NCBI GenBank assembly: GCA_012295275.1
Contig: CM022675.1
Location: 1,922,001-1,986,000 of the forward strand
From: Chrysomallon squamiferum
Taxonomy: Eukaryota; Animalia; Mollusca
Reading direction: 5' to 3'
Length of the DNA stretch: 64,000 nucleotides
The stretch's first letter is position 1; every line of letters begins with the position of its first letter. A model generated the notes under the pieces. That model was not told where the DNA came from. It did no database searches and saw only the letters and a list, made by a program, of their open reading frames with translations. Below are positions 45,949 through 61,708 of the stretch, piece after piece. The translations under genes were made by a program, and so were the position numbers.

Positions 45949-48300
45949 TGTTGTTGTTGCTGTTGTTATCGTATTATTATTATTATTATTATTTTTTTTT
46001 TTTTTTTTTATTATTATTATTATTATTTTTACAATTGAACGTTTAAATTTAGAAAGTCTTACTAACACTGCATAACCCATTTGCCGGCAGTCGACCCAGG
46101 AGTTTACTTTCTCAAAGTCATTTGTGTTACACACTGAATTCCATTTGCCATCATCAAATACTTGAAGATTTCCTTCCTGTGTGCTGTTTCCACCGACCAG
46201 TCTCAGTTTGTATGGAGCAGGGTTTTCTGTTATAGTGGAATAAAACACAAAGTTTATTCTTCATCAATGAACAGCCACAACAATAATTATGATGATAATA
46301 ATGATAACAATGATGATGATAATGATGAAGATGATAACAATAATATTTCTTTACCGTCACATATCAGTCCAATATCTTCTCCAGTGCAGGCATCACCACA
46401 GTCAGTAATGATCCATTTTAAGCAATAATGTACGTCCATTTCAAATCCAACACAGAATAAATCACCTTTCCAAATTTGTCCAGCTCCTTCTGGGAAGAAT
46501 CCCTTACCACGTGGCATACCAAACGCACTGTTGGGTAGAAACTTAACTGTAAAAACAGTGTTAACACACACGTCACACGATATTATTTTTATGTATTTAT
46601 TAATTCATTTATTTATTTACTTCTTTATTTTATTTTTTATTTTTATTACTTCTTTTGCAGACATACACACACAATTGTTTCTCTTATATATTTTTTCTTC
46701 GACGTTATTTTATATTTCTTCATTTAGAAAGTTCCTTTCATAATACTGGAAAATACGGACTCAGAAAGGTAGAGCTACAATAAGAATCAGAACTATTTGC
46801 TGTTAACTTACTTGTTGAAACCCAGAGTTCTACAAACTGCAGTGGCCTCGTAGTAGATTACTGTGCAGTCTGCCCCATTTACCTTTGTACAGAACTTCTA
46901 ATCGACCTTCTTTACTTGTGTTACCACCAACTAGACGAACTTTCACTTATAATGAAATAGAAAAAAAACAAAAAAACATTTATAATAACCGATAGGAAAA
47001 TTATCTTCATGCGAAATTTGGAAGAATTCGTTAGAAACGGTTTGTGAGTAGTTTGAAAATGAGAAAGTCGACAGTTTTAAGTCAAGACTAAACACTGAAA
47101 CAATTCAGAAACATAAAGTAAATAATTAAAGTCTGTAGTTATAATCTAGTACATATATATGTATTACCTGATTCAATGTCGTCAATCTTTTCTGGTACCT
47201 CTGCTGTCAAGTCTGAGAATATAAAAAATAGATACATTAATAAATAAGCAATAAAACTAAAGTACCAAAAAATAAAAAATAAATAAAAATATACGAAGAT
47301 GACGCGAATTTGAATTAGTTAATGACAGCTATTATCTTTATGATTATTATGATTATTATTATTATTATTATTACAATGAAGAAAACTATGGAAACAACAA
47401 CGTGTTCCTACTTGTAGTAAACTCAAATGTAAGTTCTTCATCTAAAGATACAGCTGCTGATTCTGAAACTGAAGACCCGTCTTTGAGGTTGATGTTGAAC
47501 TGGACAAGCGAGGAGTCTATTGAGTTAACTGTGTTTGTGATGTTCAGTGTGTCTCTGAAAAATAACATCATCATTACCGACAGTAGTAACCACAATTGTA
47601 AGTAAACTTATATACATTGCAGGAAGGAAAGAAAAATATAAAAATAATAATAATAATATTTATAACGAACCTTTCAGTTTCTTTGGTTGTTATCACTTTG
47701 GTGACAGTCACGGTTATGGCATCGTTGTTTTTTCCACTACAAGTGACAGAGACTTTTGTGTCGAGGTTTGTCATAAACTTTTCACTGAACTGAATCATCA
47801 CATCTCGAGTTCGACCTCCATTTACCTTAACAATGAGTCAGAGTTACACAAGTTATGTTTAGTCAATGTCTAATACCACTTTGTACAAAGATAAAAGAAA
47901 TATTTTTAAAAACAATTTTCTCAGATATTATAATTCCACAAATGCACAAAACTTAAATCTAATTTATTCAAACAATTTATGGAAGTAGCTAAGTATTTAA
48001 ACATAGTTCATTAAGAAAGAAAAAAGTAAAATATGAATAATATAAAGAACTGACCTGAGTCACCCCACCACAGTCACTATCCTTAACACTGAGACCCACA
48101 CCCTGTTTTCCCGATGGTAGATCTGATGTCGTGAATTTGCAGTGTGGCGTGTCTTTTCCACCTTTAGCATAGACGACACCATTGAATGTTCCAGCAGGAT
48201 TAATAACAATCAACATAAAACTTTTCTGACAGGAAACTTCATCTAAAATATTAAGATTAGTATTTGTTAGCAGGAATAATCAACATGATTGTGATGATGG

Positions 48301-48365
<65 letters not shown>

Positions 48366-49202
48366 TTACTACTAATTATAATAATAGACATTCAACATGA
48401 AATAATGCGTATTTGACATCAAATAATAACATTAACCTTCCTTTCAGATTAATTCAAATCAGATGATGAATCTGACTGTGTTTAGTGAGACAGTTTAAAT
48501 CTGTTATAAACTTAAATAATATGTTACTATTATACTTTTTTGTTATTTATTTATTTATTTCATATTACTTTCCTGGGAGGTGAAAAGTACAGTAAATATA
48601 TATAATAAATGAGCATACTGAAAACAATTGGAATATCATCTACCCTTCATTGCTACATAAAAACAGTGTAAGATATTAAAATAAGTATTATGTTGTTAAG
48701 TAGAATTAATTACTCACATCTTTTGTTTTCACAGCTGTCACCATAGAAACCAGGTGGACAGAAACACGCCTTCTTCCCATTATCATTGTAACAGATACCT
48801 CCATCAGAGCCACAAGAGTCAGTCTGATTGGTACACGGACTTGAACCACTCAAACCTGGAAACACAAATTTCATATCTGTTATGAAATAAAAACAATTAA
48901 AAAAAAAATCTGTCTATACCTTCTTGGCTTTTTCTTGATGATATCATTGCAGTTACCCACACTTGACATATTAGAATTAGAATACTGACTTGTCTCCAGC
49001 TCACAGTTGTAGCCAGTGTAGTCATTTCCACAGTCACAGGTGCCGTCATTTTGACAAGTTTTATTATTAGCACAATCCTGACCCTGTCGTCTGCAGTCGA
49101 AGTACTCATCACCTGTAAGCAAGTACAACATGCTATTAAATAAAATAAACAAGAAATATATACGGTGAGAGATTTTAGTTTAAATTCCAATAGAGTTAGT
49201 AG

Positions 49203-49259
<57 letters not shown>

Positions 49260-49782
49260 TGATGATAATGATGATGATTATGATGATGATGATGATGATA
49301 ATAATAATAAAAAAATAGAAGAGAATAGACATTAGGAAGAATAATGTAAAGAAAACCACTAAGTATCACAAATGTTGTGAGGAGTATGAAATAAAGAAAG
49401 CATATCGAAATTACTGTAATCAAAATTTTTGTTTCTGATTTCTTTTATTTATTTATTTATTTTTATTTGAATTGTATAGTTTTTAAAATATATTTTAGAT
49501 AGAGAACTAGGATTAGGAATAAGACGACTATATATATATATGTAAAACAAATACATATCGTCATTTAAAGGAATTATTTCTAAAATATTAATGTTATAAT
49601 TTGAATGATGTATTTTTTATAAATATTTTGTTCCACTGTGTGAACTATCTATATTCAAATTCTCATTCTTTTTGTGAGAACTGACGCATATAATATTTCT
49701 ATAAAGAAACAGAGACGAAAATAAAGTTACCTAGAGTGATGGAACAACTTAGGAGTATCAGATAGACGAATGATATCCACAT
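41001..49782 (-). CDS. Copy C: paralogous EGF-EGF-ZP(SRCRx4)-TM gene with an 8-nt frameshifting deletion in the first SRCR1 exon
   Basis: Minus-strand exons: 49782-49731, 49112-48990, 48855-48718, 48242-48055, 47825-47671, 47554-47412, 47212-47168, 46945-46812 (134 nt vs 142 in A and B; TAG at 46832-46830), 46527-46355, 46226-46067, 45495-45347, 45008-44852, 44626-44454, 44257-44101, 43483-43317, 42442-42349, 41954-41789, 41456-41339 (GRKRRS), 41170-41001 (TM, TAG). All introns are GT-AG. Skipping the two SRCR1 exons gives an open ~784-aa frame. Confidence 0.85.
43795..44134 (-). repeat. 61-bp tandem repeat (~5.5 copies) of the SRCR4a exon end and its splice donor in copy C
   Basis: The minus-strand unit CAGCTGTTTACTGCAGAATGCTGGGTTTTACTAAGTAAGTTATTAATC.. 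recurs with a 61-nt period. Confidence 0.9.
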
Positions 49783-49886
49783 GTTTACTTTATACTGAAA
49801 AGAAAATTAAATAAATAAAGAAAAAAATAAACAAACAAACGAACAAACAAACACATAAATTAAAAATAAATAAATATATAAATCTG

Positions 49887-49917
<31 letters not shown>

Positions 49918-50524
49918 ATACCTATTATGTTATATTTTATGAATATTATTGTGTGTGTGTGTCTGTTTGTACCCGTTGAATTGTGATAATCAAAGATCCG
50001 TCATAAAACAATAGAGTATTAATACAGTTATTAACTGTTATGAAACACACTTTTTCTTAACATCGTAGTGTTATAAATTTATGTTTTGTACCCACCAATA
50101 TGCATTAATACATACGTACTTACAAACATACATACATAAGCAAAAAGTAACACACACAAATCTGGAGGATTTTTGCAGACTTACACCTTACCCAGTGTTC
50201 TAATTTGATTGCTATGTAATAGCTGGTACAGTCACTGTTGAAGTTAAACAAGCCGAGTTGCAGTGGTGAGTGTATGGACCAATCGAGAAATCAAAGTTAA
50301 TACAGCTCCTCAGTTGATGCCATATGATCAGATAGTTAGGCTTTAAAATAGCTTTTAAGATGATTTGAATACGTTTGCTACTTCATGAGATAAATCAGAA
50401 ACCATAAATGAGTTTAAATCAGATGAAATAGAAGCACATGATCTTGAATGCACAGCATGAATGTACAGTAACGTGACATATTTAAAGATGTCCTTGCATA
50501 AGTACGTTTTGAAACTGTACAAAC

Positions 50525-53160
50525 ACACAGACTGAAGTGATGTACATATGTATTTACAGAAAGTGGACACTAAAGAAGTAATCATACAAATTACACTGAT
50601 TGAAGTAATGAACATGTGTATTTACAGAATGTGGACACTAAAGAAGTTACACAAATTACATTGACTGATTGAATGAACCTATGTATTTACAAAAAGTGGA
50701 CACTACAGAAGTTATACAAACTACATTGACTGAAGTAAGGTAGATATATATTTACAGAAAGTGGGCACTGAAGAATTCATCATACAAATTACATTGATTG
50801 AAGTAATGAAACTGTGTATTTACAGAAAGAGGTCACTAAAGAAGTAATCATATAAATTACATTGACCGAAGTGATGTACATATGTATTTACAGAAAATGG
50901 ACACCAAAGAAGTTACTGAAATATTTACATTGACCGAAGTCATGTACATATGTATTTACTTAAGGATGACAATAAAGAAGTTATACAAATTATATTGACT
51001 AAAGTAAGGTATATATGTATTTACAGAAAATGGACACCAAAGAAATTACTGAAATATTTACATTGACCAAAGTGATGTACATATACATTTACATAAGGAT
51101 GACACTAAAGAAGTTATAGAAATTACATTGACTGAAGTGATGTAGATGTATATTTACAGAAAGTGGACACTAAAGAAGTAATCATAGAAATTAAATTGAC
51201 TGAAGTAAGGTACATATGAATTTACATAAAGTGGACACTAAAGAAGTTATACAAATTACATTGACTGGAGTGATGTACATATGTATTTACAGAAAGTGGA
51301 CAGTAAAGAAGTTATACAAATTACATTGACCGAAGCGATGTACATATGTATTTACAGAGAGTGGACAGTAAAGAAGTTATACAAATTACATTGACCGAAG
51401 TGATGTACATATGTATTTACAGAAAGTGGACACTAAAGAAGTAATACAAATTACATTGACTCAAGTAATGTACATGTATATTTACAGATATTGGACACTA
51501 AAGAAGTAAACATACAAATTACACTGAATAAAGGAAAGTACCTATATATTTACATAAAGTGGACACTAAAGAAGTAATACAAATTACATTGTCTCAAGTA
51601 ATGTACATGTATATTTACAGATATTGGACACTAAAGAAGTAAACATACAAATTACACTGAATAAAGGAAAGTACCTATATATTTACAGAAAGTGGACACT
51701 AAAGAAGTTAAACAAATTACATTGACTGAAGTGATGTACATATGTATTTACAGAAAGTGGACACTAAAGAAGTAATCATAGAAATTAAATTGACTGAAGT
51801 AAGGTACATGTATATTTACAGAAAGTGGACACTAAAGAAGTAATCATAAAAATTACATTGACTGAAGTGATGTAGATATGTATTTACAGAGAGTGGACAG
51901 TAAAGAAGTTATACAAATTAAAATGACCGAAGTGATGTACATATGTAATTACAGAAAGTGGACAGTAAAGAAGTAATCATACAAATTGCATTGATTGAAG
52001 GAATTTACATGTTTATTTACAGAAAGGGGGCACGAAATAACTTAAACGAATTACATTGATTCAAGTAATCTGCATATATATTTACAGACAGCGGACACAA
52101 AACAATATACAAATAACACTGACTGAAGTAATGTACATATGTATTTACAGAAATTGGACACTAAAGAATTTAAACAAATTACATTGACTGAAGTAATGTA
52201 CATATGTATTTACAGAAATTGGACACTAAAGAATTTAAACAAATTACATTGACTGAAGTAATGTACATATGTATTTACATAAGGATGACACTAAAGAAGT
52301 TATAGAAATTACATTGACTGAAGTAAGGTATATATGTATTAACACACATACGACATTAATGAAGCTATACAAATAACATCGACTGAAGTAATGTTCATGT
52401 ATATTTACATAGAGTGGACAATAAAGAAGTAATCATACAAATTACATTGACTGAAGTAATGAAACTATGTTTTTACAGAAATAGGACACTAAAGAAGTAA
52501 TCATACAAATTGCATTGATTGAAGGAATTTACATGTTTATTTACAGAAAGGGGGCACGAAATAAACGAATTACATTGATTCAAGTAATCTGCATATATAT
52601 TTACAGACAGCGGACACAAAAGAATATACAAATTACATTGACTGAAGTGATGTACATATGTATTTACAGAAAGTGGACACTAAAGAAGTTACTGGAGTAT
52701 CTACATTGACCGAAGTGATGTACATATGTATTTACAGAAAGTGGACACTAAAGAAGTTAAACAAATTACATTGACTGAAGTGATTTACATATGTATTTAC
52801 AGAAATTGGACACTAAAGAAGTTAAACAAATTACATTGACTGAAGTAATGTACATATGTATTTACAGAAATTGGACACTAAAGAAGTTAAACAAATTACA
52901 TTGACTGAAGTAATGTACATGTATATTTACAGAAATTGGACACTAAAGAAGTTAAACAAATTACATTGACTGAAGTAATGTACATATGTATTTACAGAAA
53001 GTGGACACTAAAGAAGTTGTACAAATTACATTGACTGAAGTAATGTACATATGTATTTACAGATATTGGACACTAAAGAAGTTATACAAATTACATTGAC
53101 TAAAGTAATGTACATGTATATTTACAGAACGTGGACAATAAAGAAGTTACAATACAAATT
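50525..53160. repeat. ~60-63-bp minisatellite, about 43 copies
   Basis: Head-to-tail unit approximately TTTACAGAAAGTGGACACTAAAGAAGTTATACAAATTACATTGACTGAAGTAATGTACATATGTA, with internal higher-order duplications. Confidence 0.95.
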
Positions 53161-54768
53161 TACAGACAACGGATGAAAGAAATGTATTGAAGTAAAATGT
53201 GTGCTTATGTATAGAAAAATGAGTACACTCATCCACTGAATAACGTGCTTACGTATGAATAAAGCGTAGATGTATGTGAAGTGATATTCCTGCAAATGTA
53301 AAGAAGTCAAACATGCACAGTTACTTAAGTAATGAATCTGGACATGTAAGCACGCATTCACTGAATAAACGTGCATACAAATGTACGCCCGCAGACACAT
53401 ATATTTGTTCCTGTAGAACTGTATAGATAGTGTACACATTTATTTTAAGCAGTAATATACAAACAAATGTACAGAAGGAATACACACATTTTTGAAGTAG
53501 GATATTTACAAATACACTGTAAGTGTCCATATACATGTACTGACATAGCATACATACACATATACAGAAAGTGTACACCCATGTATTGATGTAGCATATA
53601 TACACATATATGCAAATATCCACATACATTTACTGACATAGCATACATACACATATACAGAAAGTGTACACACATGTATTGATGTAGCATACATACACAT
53701 ATACAGAAAGTGTACACCCACGTATTGATGTAGCATATATACACATATATGGAAATATCCACATACATTTATTAACGTACCATACATAAAATACATAGAA
53801 ACTGTGCACATACATTCACCGAAGTAATAAACGTACATATATATAGAAAGATGAACTGCACGTACCTTGTTTATTGTAACACTGCAAGTAAACCGTTTTC
53901 CTCTCTTACACTATGTGCTCTGTTTGGAAAGAAATATATTTACATAAAAATAAAATAAAATGAGTTCTGCTCTATTTATATCATAACTAAGAAAAATAAA
54001 TAAAAAATTGATCGTGTTTGAAGCACATCACTAGTGTTACCGAAACTTTTCATTTATCTCTTCTCTTTCATCTTGTTTATTTGTTTATTCATTTATCTGT
54101 CTGTTTTTTCTTTCTTCTTTGTATTGTTTCTTTGCTTATTTCCTTCTTTGCTTTATTATTTGTTGTCTTTATTTGTTTGAAATCTAAGCTTGTTAAATTA
54201 TTTTTGAAACGTAGACTGAGCGCAATTATTACTAGAACAAAGACGATAAAAACAACTAGTACTAGAACTACTTTTGTTGCTAGTGCTATTGCAACTTGTA
54301 ATGATATAAGTCATATAAACAACGATATAAACACCAATAACAATATATCAACAATATATCAACTGAACAACATACCAATTAAAAACATCTATCTATCTGT
54401 CTATCTATCTATCTATCTATATATATATATGTTTTGACGAAAGCCTAGACAAATAAGATGATTATTTATTCTTGACATACATTACCTCTGTATAACTAGC
54501 ATCCTTCCAAAAACGTATACTGTCTGTATGTGTTTATGTATGTATGTATGTATGTGTGCTCCGATAATTTAATATATGCCGGTACTTGTATCCGAGAATT
54601 AACGTTAAAAACAACAACAAATATAAGCTTTCTTCTTTCTCCAAAAACTTAGTACGTATTGTCATTCATGCGTATCTGTGTTTCTGGAGCACTAGAAGTC
54701 AGTGACCGTGCTTGAATACACATCATTTTCTATTCAGTCTATTCAAATATGTGTGTCTGATACAGACA

Positions 54769-54866
<98 letters not shown>

Positions 54867-55361
54867 AAATACTCGTATCTACGGGTCATTTATACATAGT
54901 GTTTGCTTCTTTGTTGTTGTTTTTTTTTTTTGTTCTTCTCGAGTTGGTTTGTCCTTTTCTTTATTTCTTTGAATTTAGTAGTCTAAGGTACGGGTTTACC
55001 TTTACCTGCTGCGTGCGTGCGTAGGTTTTTTGTATTCATGCATGCATGTGTGCATGTAAGTGTAGATATTTGAGTGTAAGTGTGTAAACGTGTGTATTTG
55101 TACGTGTGCCAGTGCACGTCTGTATATATCTATCTATGTTGGTATGTGCATATAAATGTATGTGTGTTTGCGTCTGTCTCTCTTTCTCTATATATATTTG
55201 TGTATGTATGTATGCGTCTGTGAGTTTTGTTTCATATCTACCTATGTATCTGCTTGTCTGTGAATGTGGATGGGGGTGTTAATGTGTGAAAGTGTATGTT
55301 TCCGTATGTGTATAATGTTGTATATTTGTGTATGTATGTGTGTGTATCTGTGTGTATCTGT

Positions 55362-55397
<36 letters not shown>

Positions 55398-55689
55398 TGA
55401 GTTGAGCGAGGATTATTATATTATATGTTTATGTTTGATAATGTATGTTTCTTTCTGCATGTATGCATCCGTGCGAGTGTATCTGTATTTATTTTAGTGC
55501 GTTTGAAGAGTGTGAATGTCCTTGTTTCTGCGTTTTTAAATTACTACAGAAATGATTATCAATATACTGTCAGAAATACTGTCCAGATATGTCAGTAAAT
55601 TGGCAGAAGTTTTAAGAAAAAAAAAAAAATGTTTTCTTTTTCTGTAGGATACCTTTAAGGTTAAAAGCTGTCAGAAACTCCTAAACGTC

Positions 55690-55882
55690 TGTTAGTTGAT
55701 TCAGGACAAGTGAAAGAAAACAGCGAGTGTTGTTGTGAGTGCGGAGTACTAGTCTAGATGAGCAGTGATGTGTTACACGTGTTTTTATGTTAGTTGATTC
55801 AGGACAAGTGAAAGAAAACAGCGAGTGTTGTTGTGAGTGCGGAGTACCAGTCTAGATGAGCAGTGATGTGTTACACGTGTTT
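55690..55882 (+). repeat. ~98-bp tandem duplication
   Basis: TGTTAGTTGATTCAGGACAAGTGAAAGAAAACAGCGAG...GATGAGCAGTGATGTGTTACACGTGTTT occurs twice. Confidence 0.9.
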
Positions 55883-55981
55883 GTACAGGTTTGTGACCCT
55901 AATCAGAGAGATGCCAAAGCAGTCACTTCATACTTTGTTCAAAGCGTTTCACAAATTTCATCCTTAACCAAACACACAAAC

Positions 55982-56050
<69 letters not shown>

Positions 56051-57125
56051 CGAACGAAAGAAATAATTTCATTACAGAAAAGGCAGAAATGTATTCACAA
56101 AACGCATCCTCATATAAACGTGATGAACATTACGTTTGGAATAGTGCAGGTGGGTGTAAGACAAAGTGTACAATGGTAAATCTTCGGTTGCTTCAGTACA
56201 GTTTTGAATATCTAAAAAAGTTTAGTTCACTCATCAATTGCACATCATTATCTAGATCTTGCACTAAAATGTTTTAGACACAAAATTTGATTTTGAAAAA
56301 AAAACAAAAAAAGGAAAAATAAGATTACTAAATTGACAAATAAGAGGACACATAGATAGATAAATAGATAGGCAGATAGATCGAATATTGATAGATAGAT
56401 GGATATATATAGTGATAAAGAGATAAGTAAGGAGACATAGAACTAGACAGGTAGGTAGATTGACAGACAGACAGACACTGAGACAGACATATCGATAGAT
56501 AAATATTTATCGGAAAATGGGTTGGACAACAAGATTCTGCATGTATGTCTGCGTGGATGCGTATGTATATGTGAGTATGGATATATCCTACATATTTATA
56601 TGTGTGTCTCTGTCTGTATGTGTGTGTCTGTGTGTTTGCATCTGTTTACAATATTTATGTCCGCCGCTGTGTTAAAACAGACAGCAGAATCGTGTTTATC
56701 TTAATAATTTTCACTTCTAAGATATGATTATAAACAGGCTTTTTAAAAAAAAAAATGTAAGTCAATATCTTGTATAGGGCAGCTGTATAAACGCATAAAA
56801 ATATGTTACAGTAAGTTAAGCTGCCGTTGTCAAAGAAATACAATTATAACAAAGATCACTGGCTGAGAGAGATATAAAAAAATTAATATTTTATTCTGAA
56901 TAGCGTATACACTATTCATCTGAAAATACAACTTTGTGTCACACCCTAACACCCGTAGAGATAATGTGTATATACGTCAGAACATAGACAGCATCAAGCT
57001 TAATTTGACGTCGTAATGTATATTCAAAGTCATTCAGTGCAGTGTCTGAAAGCTCTCACAATCTGCGTAGAAAGTGCAACATGTCATACAAATAGTATTT
57101 TTATTATTATTGTTATTATTATTAC

Positions 57126-57166
<41 letters not shown>

Positions 57167-57654
57167 ATTATTTTATCATATCGTAGTTTTATTTATTTAT
57201 CTGATTTATTTCTTGGAAAGTTATTAGCAGATAACTCACTTTGTTAACAGTTACTAAGCAACAGACATTTTACAATGTATGGTATTTGGAGATACATACA
57301 TAAAGTCCCGCAAATTATTATATTTAAGTTAAAAAAATCGAGAGTGAAAAGAAATAATAAAAGAAAAGCATTAATATATCAGACAATATCTGTTTGTTGA
57401 CGTACAACAAGCGAGTGAAAAACACAGCGTGGAAGACGTGTAATAGTGTAGATGAGCAGTGAGGCATCGCAAGTGTGTTTATATTAGTTCACTACAACAA
57501 TCTAGTCAAACGTTGTCAAACTAGTTTTCTTAATACTTTCTTCAAAACAGTTTTAATGTTTCACTCATTAAATATCAGCTGCTTTTATCGAAAAATATTA
57601 ATGCAATAACAAAATTAAAACACACTGACAAATACACACATACACATGCACGCG

Positions 57655-57690
<36 letters not shown>

Positions 57691-58408
57691 ATCACACACA
57701 TAACACTACCCAACAAACAGCAAGCCATTCACGACCAGTGAAGCATTTTCGTAGAGCAGTAGACGCGAGATGTCTCGAGGTAAACCTGTTTGTATGTCAA
57801 ACAAAAACTACAAGATTCGATGTATTATTATCTACACACAAAAGGGAGACTTACAGTTGTAACACCTGCAAGAGTTAGGACATCTTAGGACGATGTTTTC
57901 GTGTCTTTTCTTAATATTTTCTTAAACACAGTTACAAACATTTGTAAAGTACCAGCTTGCGTCTTCAAAATAAGTAAATTAATTAATTAATTAATCAGAA
58001 AAAAAGGTATCATAGAACATTAAAATATAATAATAAAATGAATTGAAAATAATAAAGAAAATAGCTCTAACTAAACTAAATTCAAAAGGAATAGAATATA
58101 CTGAAATGAACAGCAATAACAAACTAAAAGACAGAGGTATAGACAGTCACACATATATATATATATATATATAAAAATGCGAGTTCAACGTACCTTGAAT
58201 ATTGTAACACTCTAAGTAAACCGTTTTCCTCGCTTACACTATGTGATGTGTTTGGAAAGAAATGTAAAAATGTGTATTAAGATGAGATTTAAACTAGTTT
58301 TGGTATAAGAAAATAAAGATGGTTTCAATGCATCACCGACTTTAAATCACAGGTCATGTGAAGTCATAACTACTGTATACAAACATTTCTGTTTTTCTTT
58401 TATTATTA

Positions 58409-58458
<50 letters not shown>

Positions 58459-59559
58459 GTTTTTTTTTAGTTTCTTATTTCTTGGTCAAATTTATGACTA
58501 AGAAAATCACGAGGATGAATTATTTGTATGATTAACGAGGTAAGCAAGTTAAAAGAGAACGTTGTCCTAAATTTAGTGTCAGTCAAACCTGTTTTATAAC
58601 ATTTTGTTCACAAACTTGTCTGATAGTTTTAAACACACGTACGTCGATCATTTGTTGTTATCTACCTGTATTCCCTTTAAAAAATACATATGTATATATT
58701 TTAAAGATGTAACAGTCATATTTAAATCTTACAATTGTTGTGTTATTTAAGTGTATAAATTATGTGTTTCTTTCTTGCTGAGTAAGTGAGAATCCTAAGT
58801 TTAACTCATTTGTTTTTAAAGATAAATTTGAAAGGTTTTATTTAATTGCTAATTTATTTCTGACTTAGTGGAAATCATATATTTATCTCATGTTTTAATT
58901 TTGAATAAGTGAGAACGATGTTTATTCACAACACTAAAACAGAAATGTACCTAAACAAACATACACACACAGAGATGCACACAAAGCTGATATTTATAGA
59001 TATATGTATGCATGTGTGTATAGAAATAAAATCTTAATGATAGAGATAACGACTGGCGACGTGTCGAGGATAACCTGTTTGTGTTCGTAGAATAAAAGGT
59101 ACAAGAACCGTATAACAATTTTTAAAAACAATAATAATAATAATAATAGAATAGAATAAAAAAGTAATAAAATAAAATTAAAATTAAATAAAATTAAAAT
59201 TACAAATAAAGAGAAAGCGCATCCATGCATTCACTGAAGATAAGAAACCTGAACCTACCTTGTCCGCTGTGAGATTCAGAACAAAACGTATACAAAAGCC
59301 TCAAGATGTGATGTGTTTGGAATAAAGTAGAAAAATACAGCTCACGATTAGTTTTATCGTGTGTTATATGGGCAGATCAAACAAGACACACTCTTTAATG
59401 CATCAGTACTTCTTAAATATCGTATCATGTTTAAACTGTCACAAGATTTTTTCTTTCTATGACGTTCTGGTAGAACGAGCAAGCACTTACTTTGTAGTTA
59501 ATAATTGTGTAAAATAAATGTCACCCAATCAGTACAATATTTCCATTGTGTATATATAG

Positions 59560-60610
<1,051 letters not shown>

Positions 60611-61676
60611 TTGTGTTTGTTTGTTTGTATCTTAGCTTATCGCTGCAGTGTGTACATATTTTAAATCATGTATAAGCTACATAAATCATACATTAATAAT
60701 AATAATAATAGTAATACTACTACTACTACTACTAATAATAATAATAATAATGATAATAATAATAATAATAATAGTAATAAAACATATCAGGGTGTTTGCC
60801 ATTTGTAAGATCTACAATTACGACTATTGGTACTACTACTACTCCTGCTACTACTATTATTACTACTACTACTACTCCTACTACTACTATTGCTACTACT
60901 ACTACTCCTACTACTACTATTATTACTACTACTACTACTACTAGTACTGGTAATAGTATTAGTAATCGTGCCTATTTAACTATTTCCAGTAATATTGCTA
61001 CATTTAATAGTCCTACTATAATACAGCTACTGCTATTGTCAATACTACTTATATTGCTACCACTACACGACTACTGCTGCTACTTCTAATAATTGTATTA
61101 CTGTTGCAACTACTGTTACTACTACTATTATCTCTACACTACTCTCACTAATACTTCTACGATTAGTATACTAATATAGCTACTACTACTGCTATTAAAA
61201 ACATACACATGTACGTTAAAAGAAACAAAAATAGTAACTTTAATATCAACAAGAAATAACCTAAAATGTGTTTGTTGATGCCTGTCAAGTGAATAAAAGC
61301 TGTATCATGAGTGTTTGTGGTCATAAGAACTGAATACTAGCCCAGGAAGGAAATCATGCGTAGCAGTTTATTTTTTTATTTAAAAAAAAAACAAAAAAAA
61401 AACAACAAAACAACAACAACAACAACAACAAAAAAAACTAAAAATTAAACAATAAAAAAATAAATAAAAATGTGACGTTAATCAAAGAAATGGAAATCAG
61501 TTTTCTCATTTGTTAAAGCTTTATTTAAAACAGTGTTAAGATATCTCTGTAAGGTATAACGTACATAAATAGTAATAAACAACAACACCAACGACAACAA
61601 TAATAATAACAATAATAATAATACTAATATGGTAATAATAAACGCACTGTTAACAATTACAAATTCAAATAAGCAA

Positions 61677-61708
<32 letters not shown>

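Larger units (their letters stand above)
39700..57680 (-). repeat. Inverted segmental duplication of window positions ~1-13600 (gene A and its upstream region)
   Basis: Positions 61-280 match the reverse complement of ~57400-57620, 460-1030 match ~56500-57075, and 1480-6200 match ~47000-53940, in addition to the colinear exons and the shared polyA block. Confidence 0.9.

Noticed and set aside
50525-53160. CRISPR-like regular array
   Set aside because: The units are full-length tandem copies with no unique spacers, there are no cas genes, and the context is eukaryotic.
60796-61089. Mucin-like Thr-rich exon
   Set aside because: It is a (TAC)n/(TAT)n microsatellite with no convincing splice context or link to a gene.
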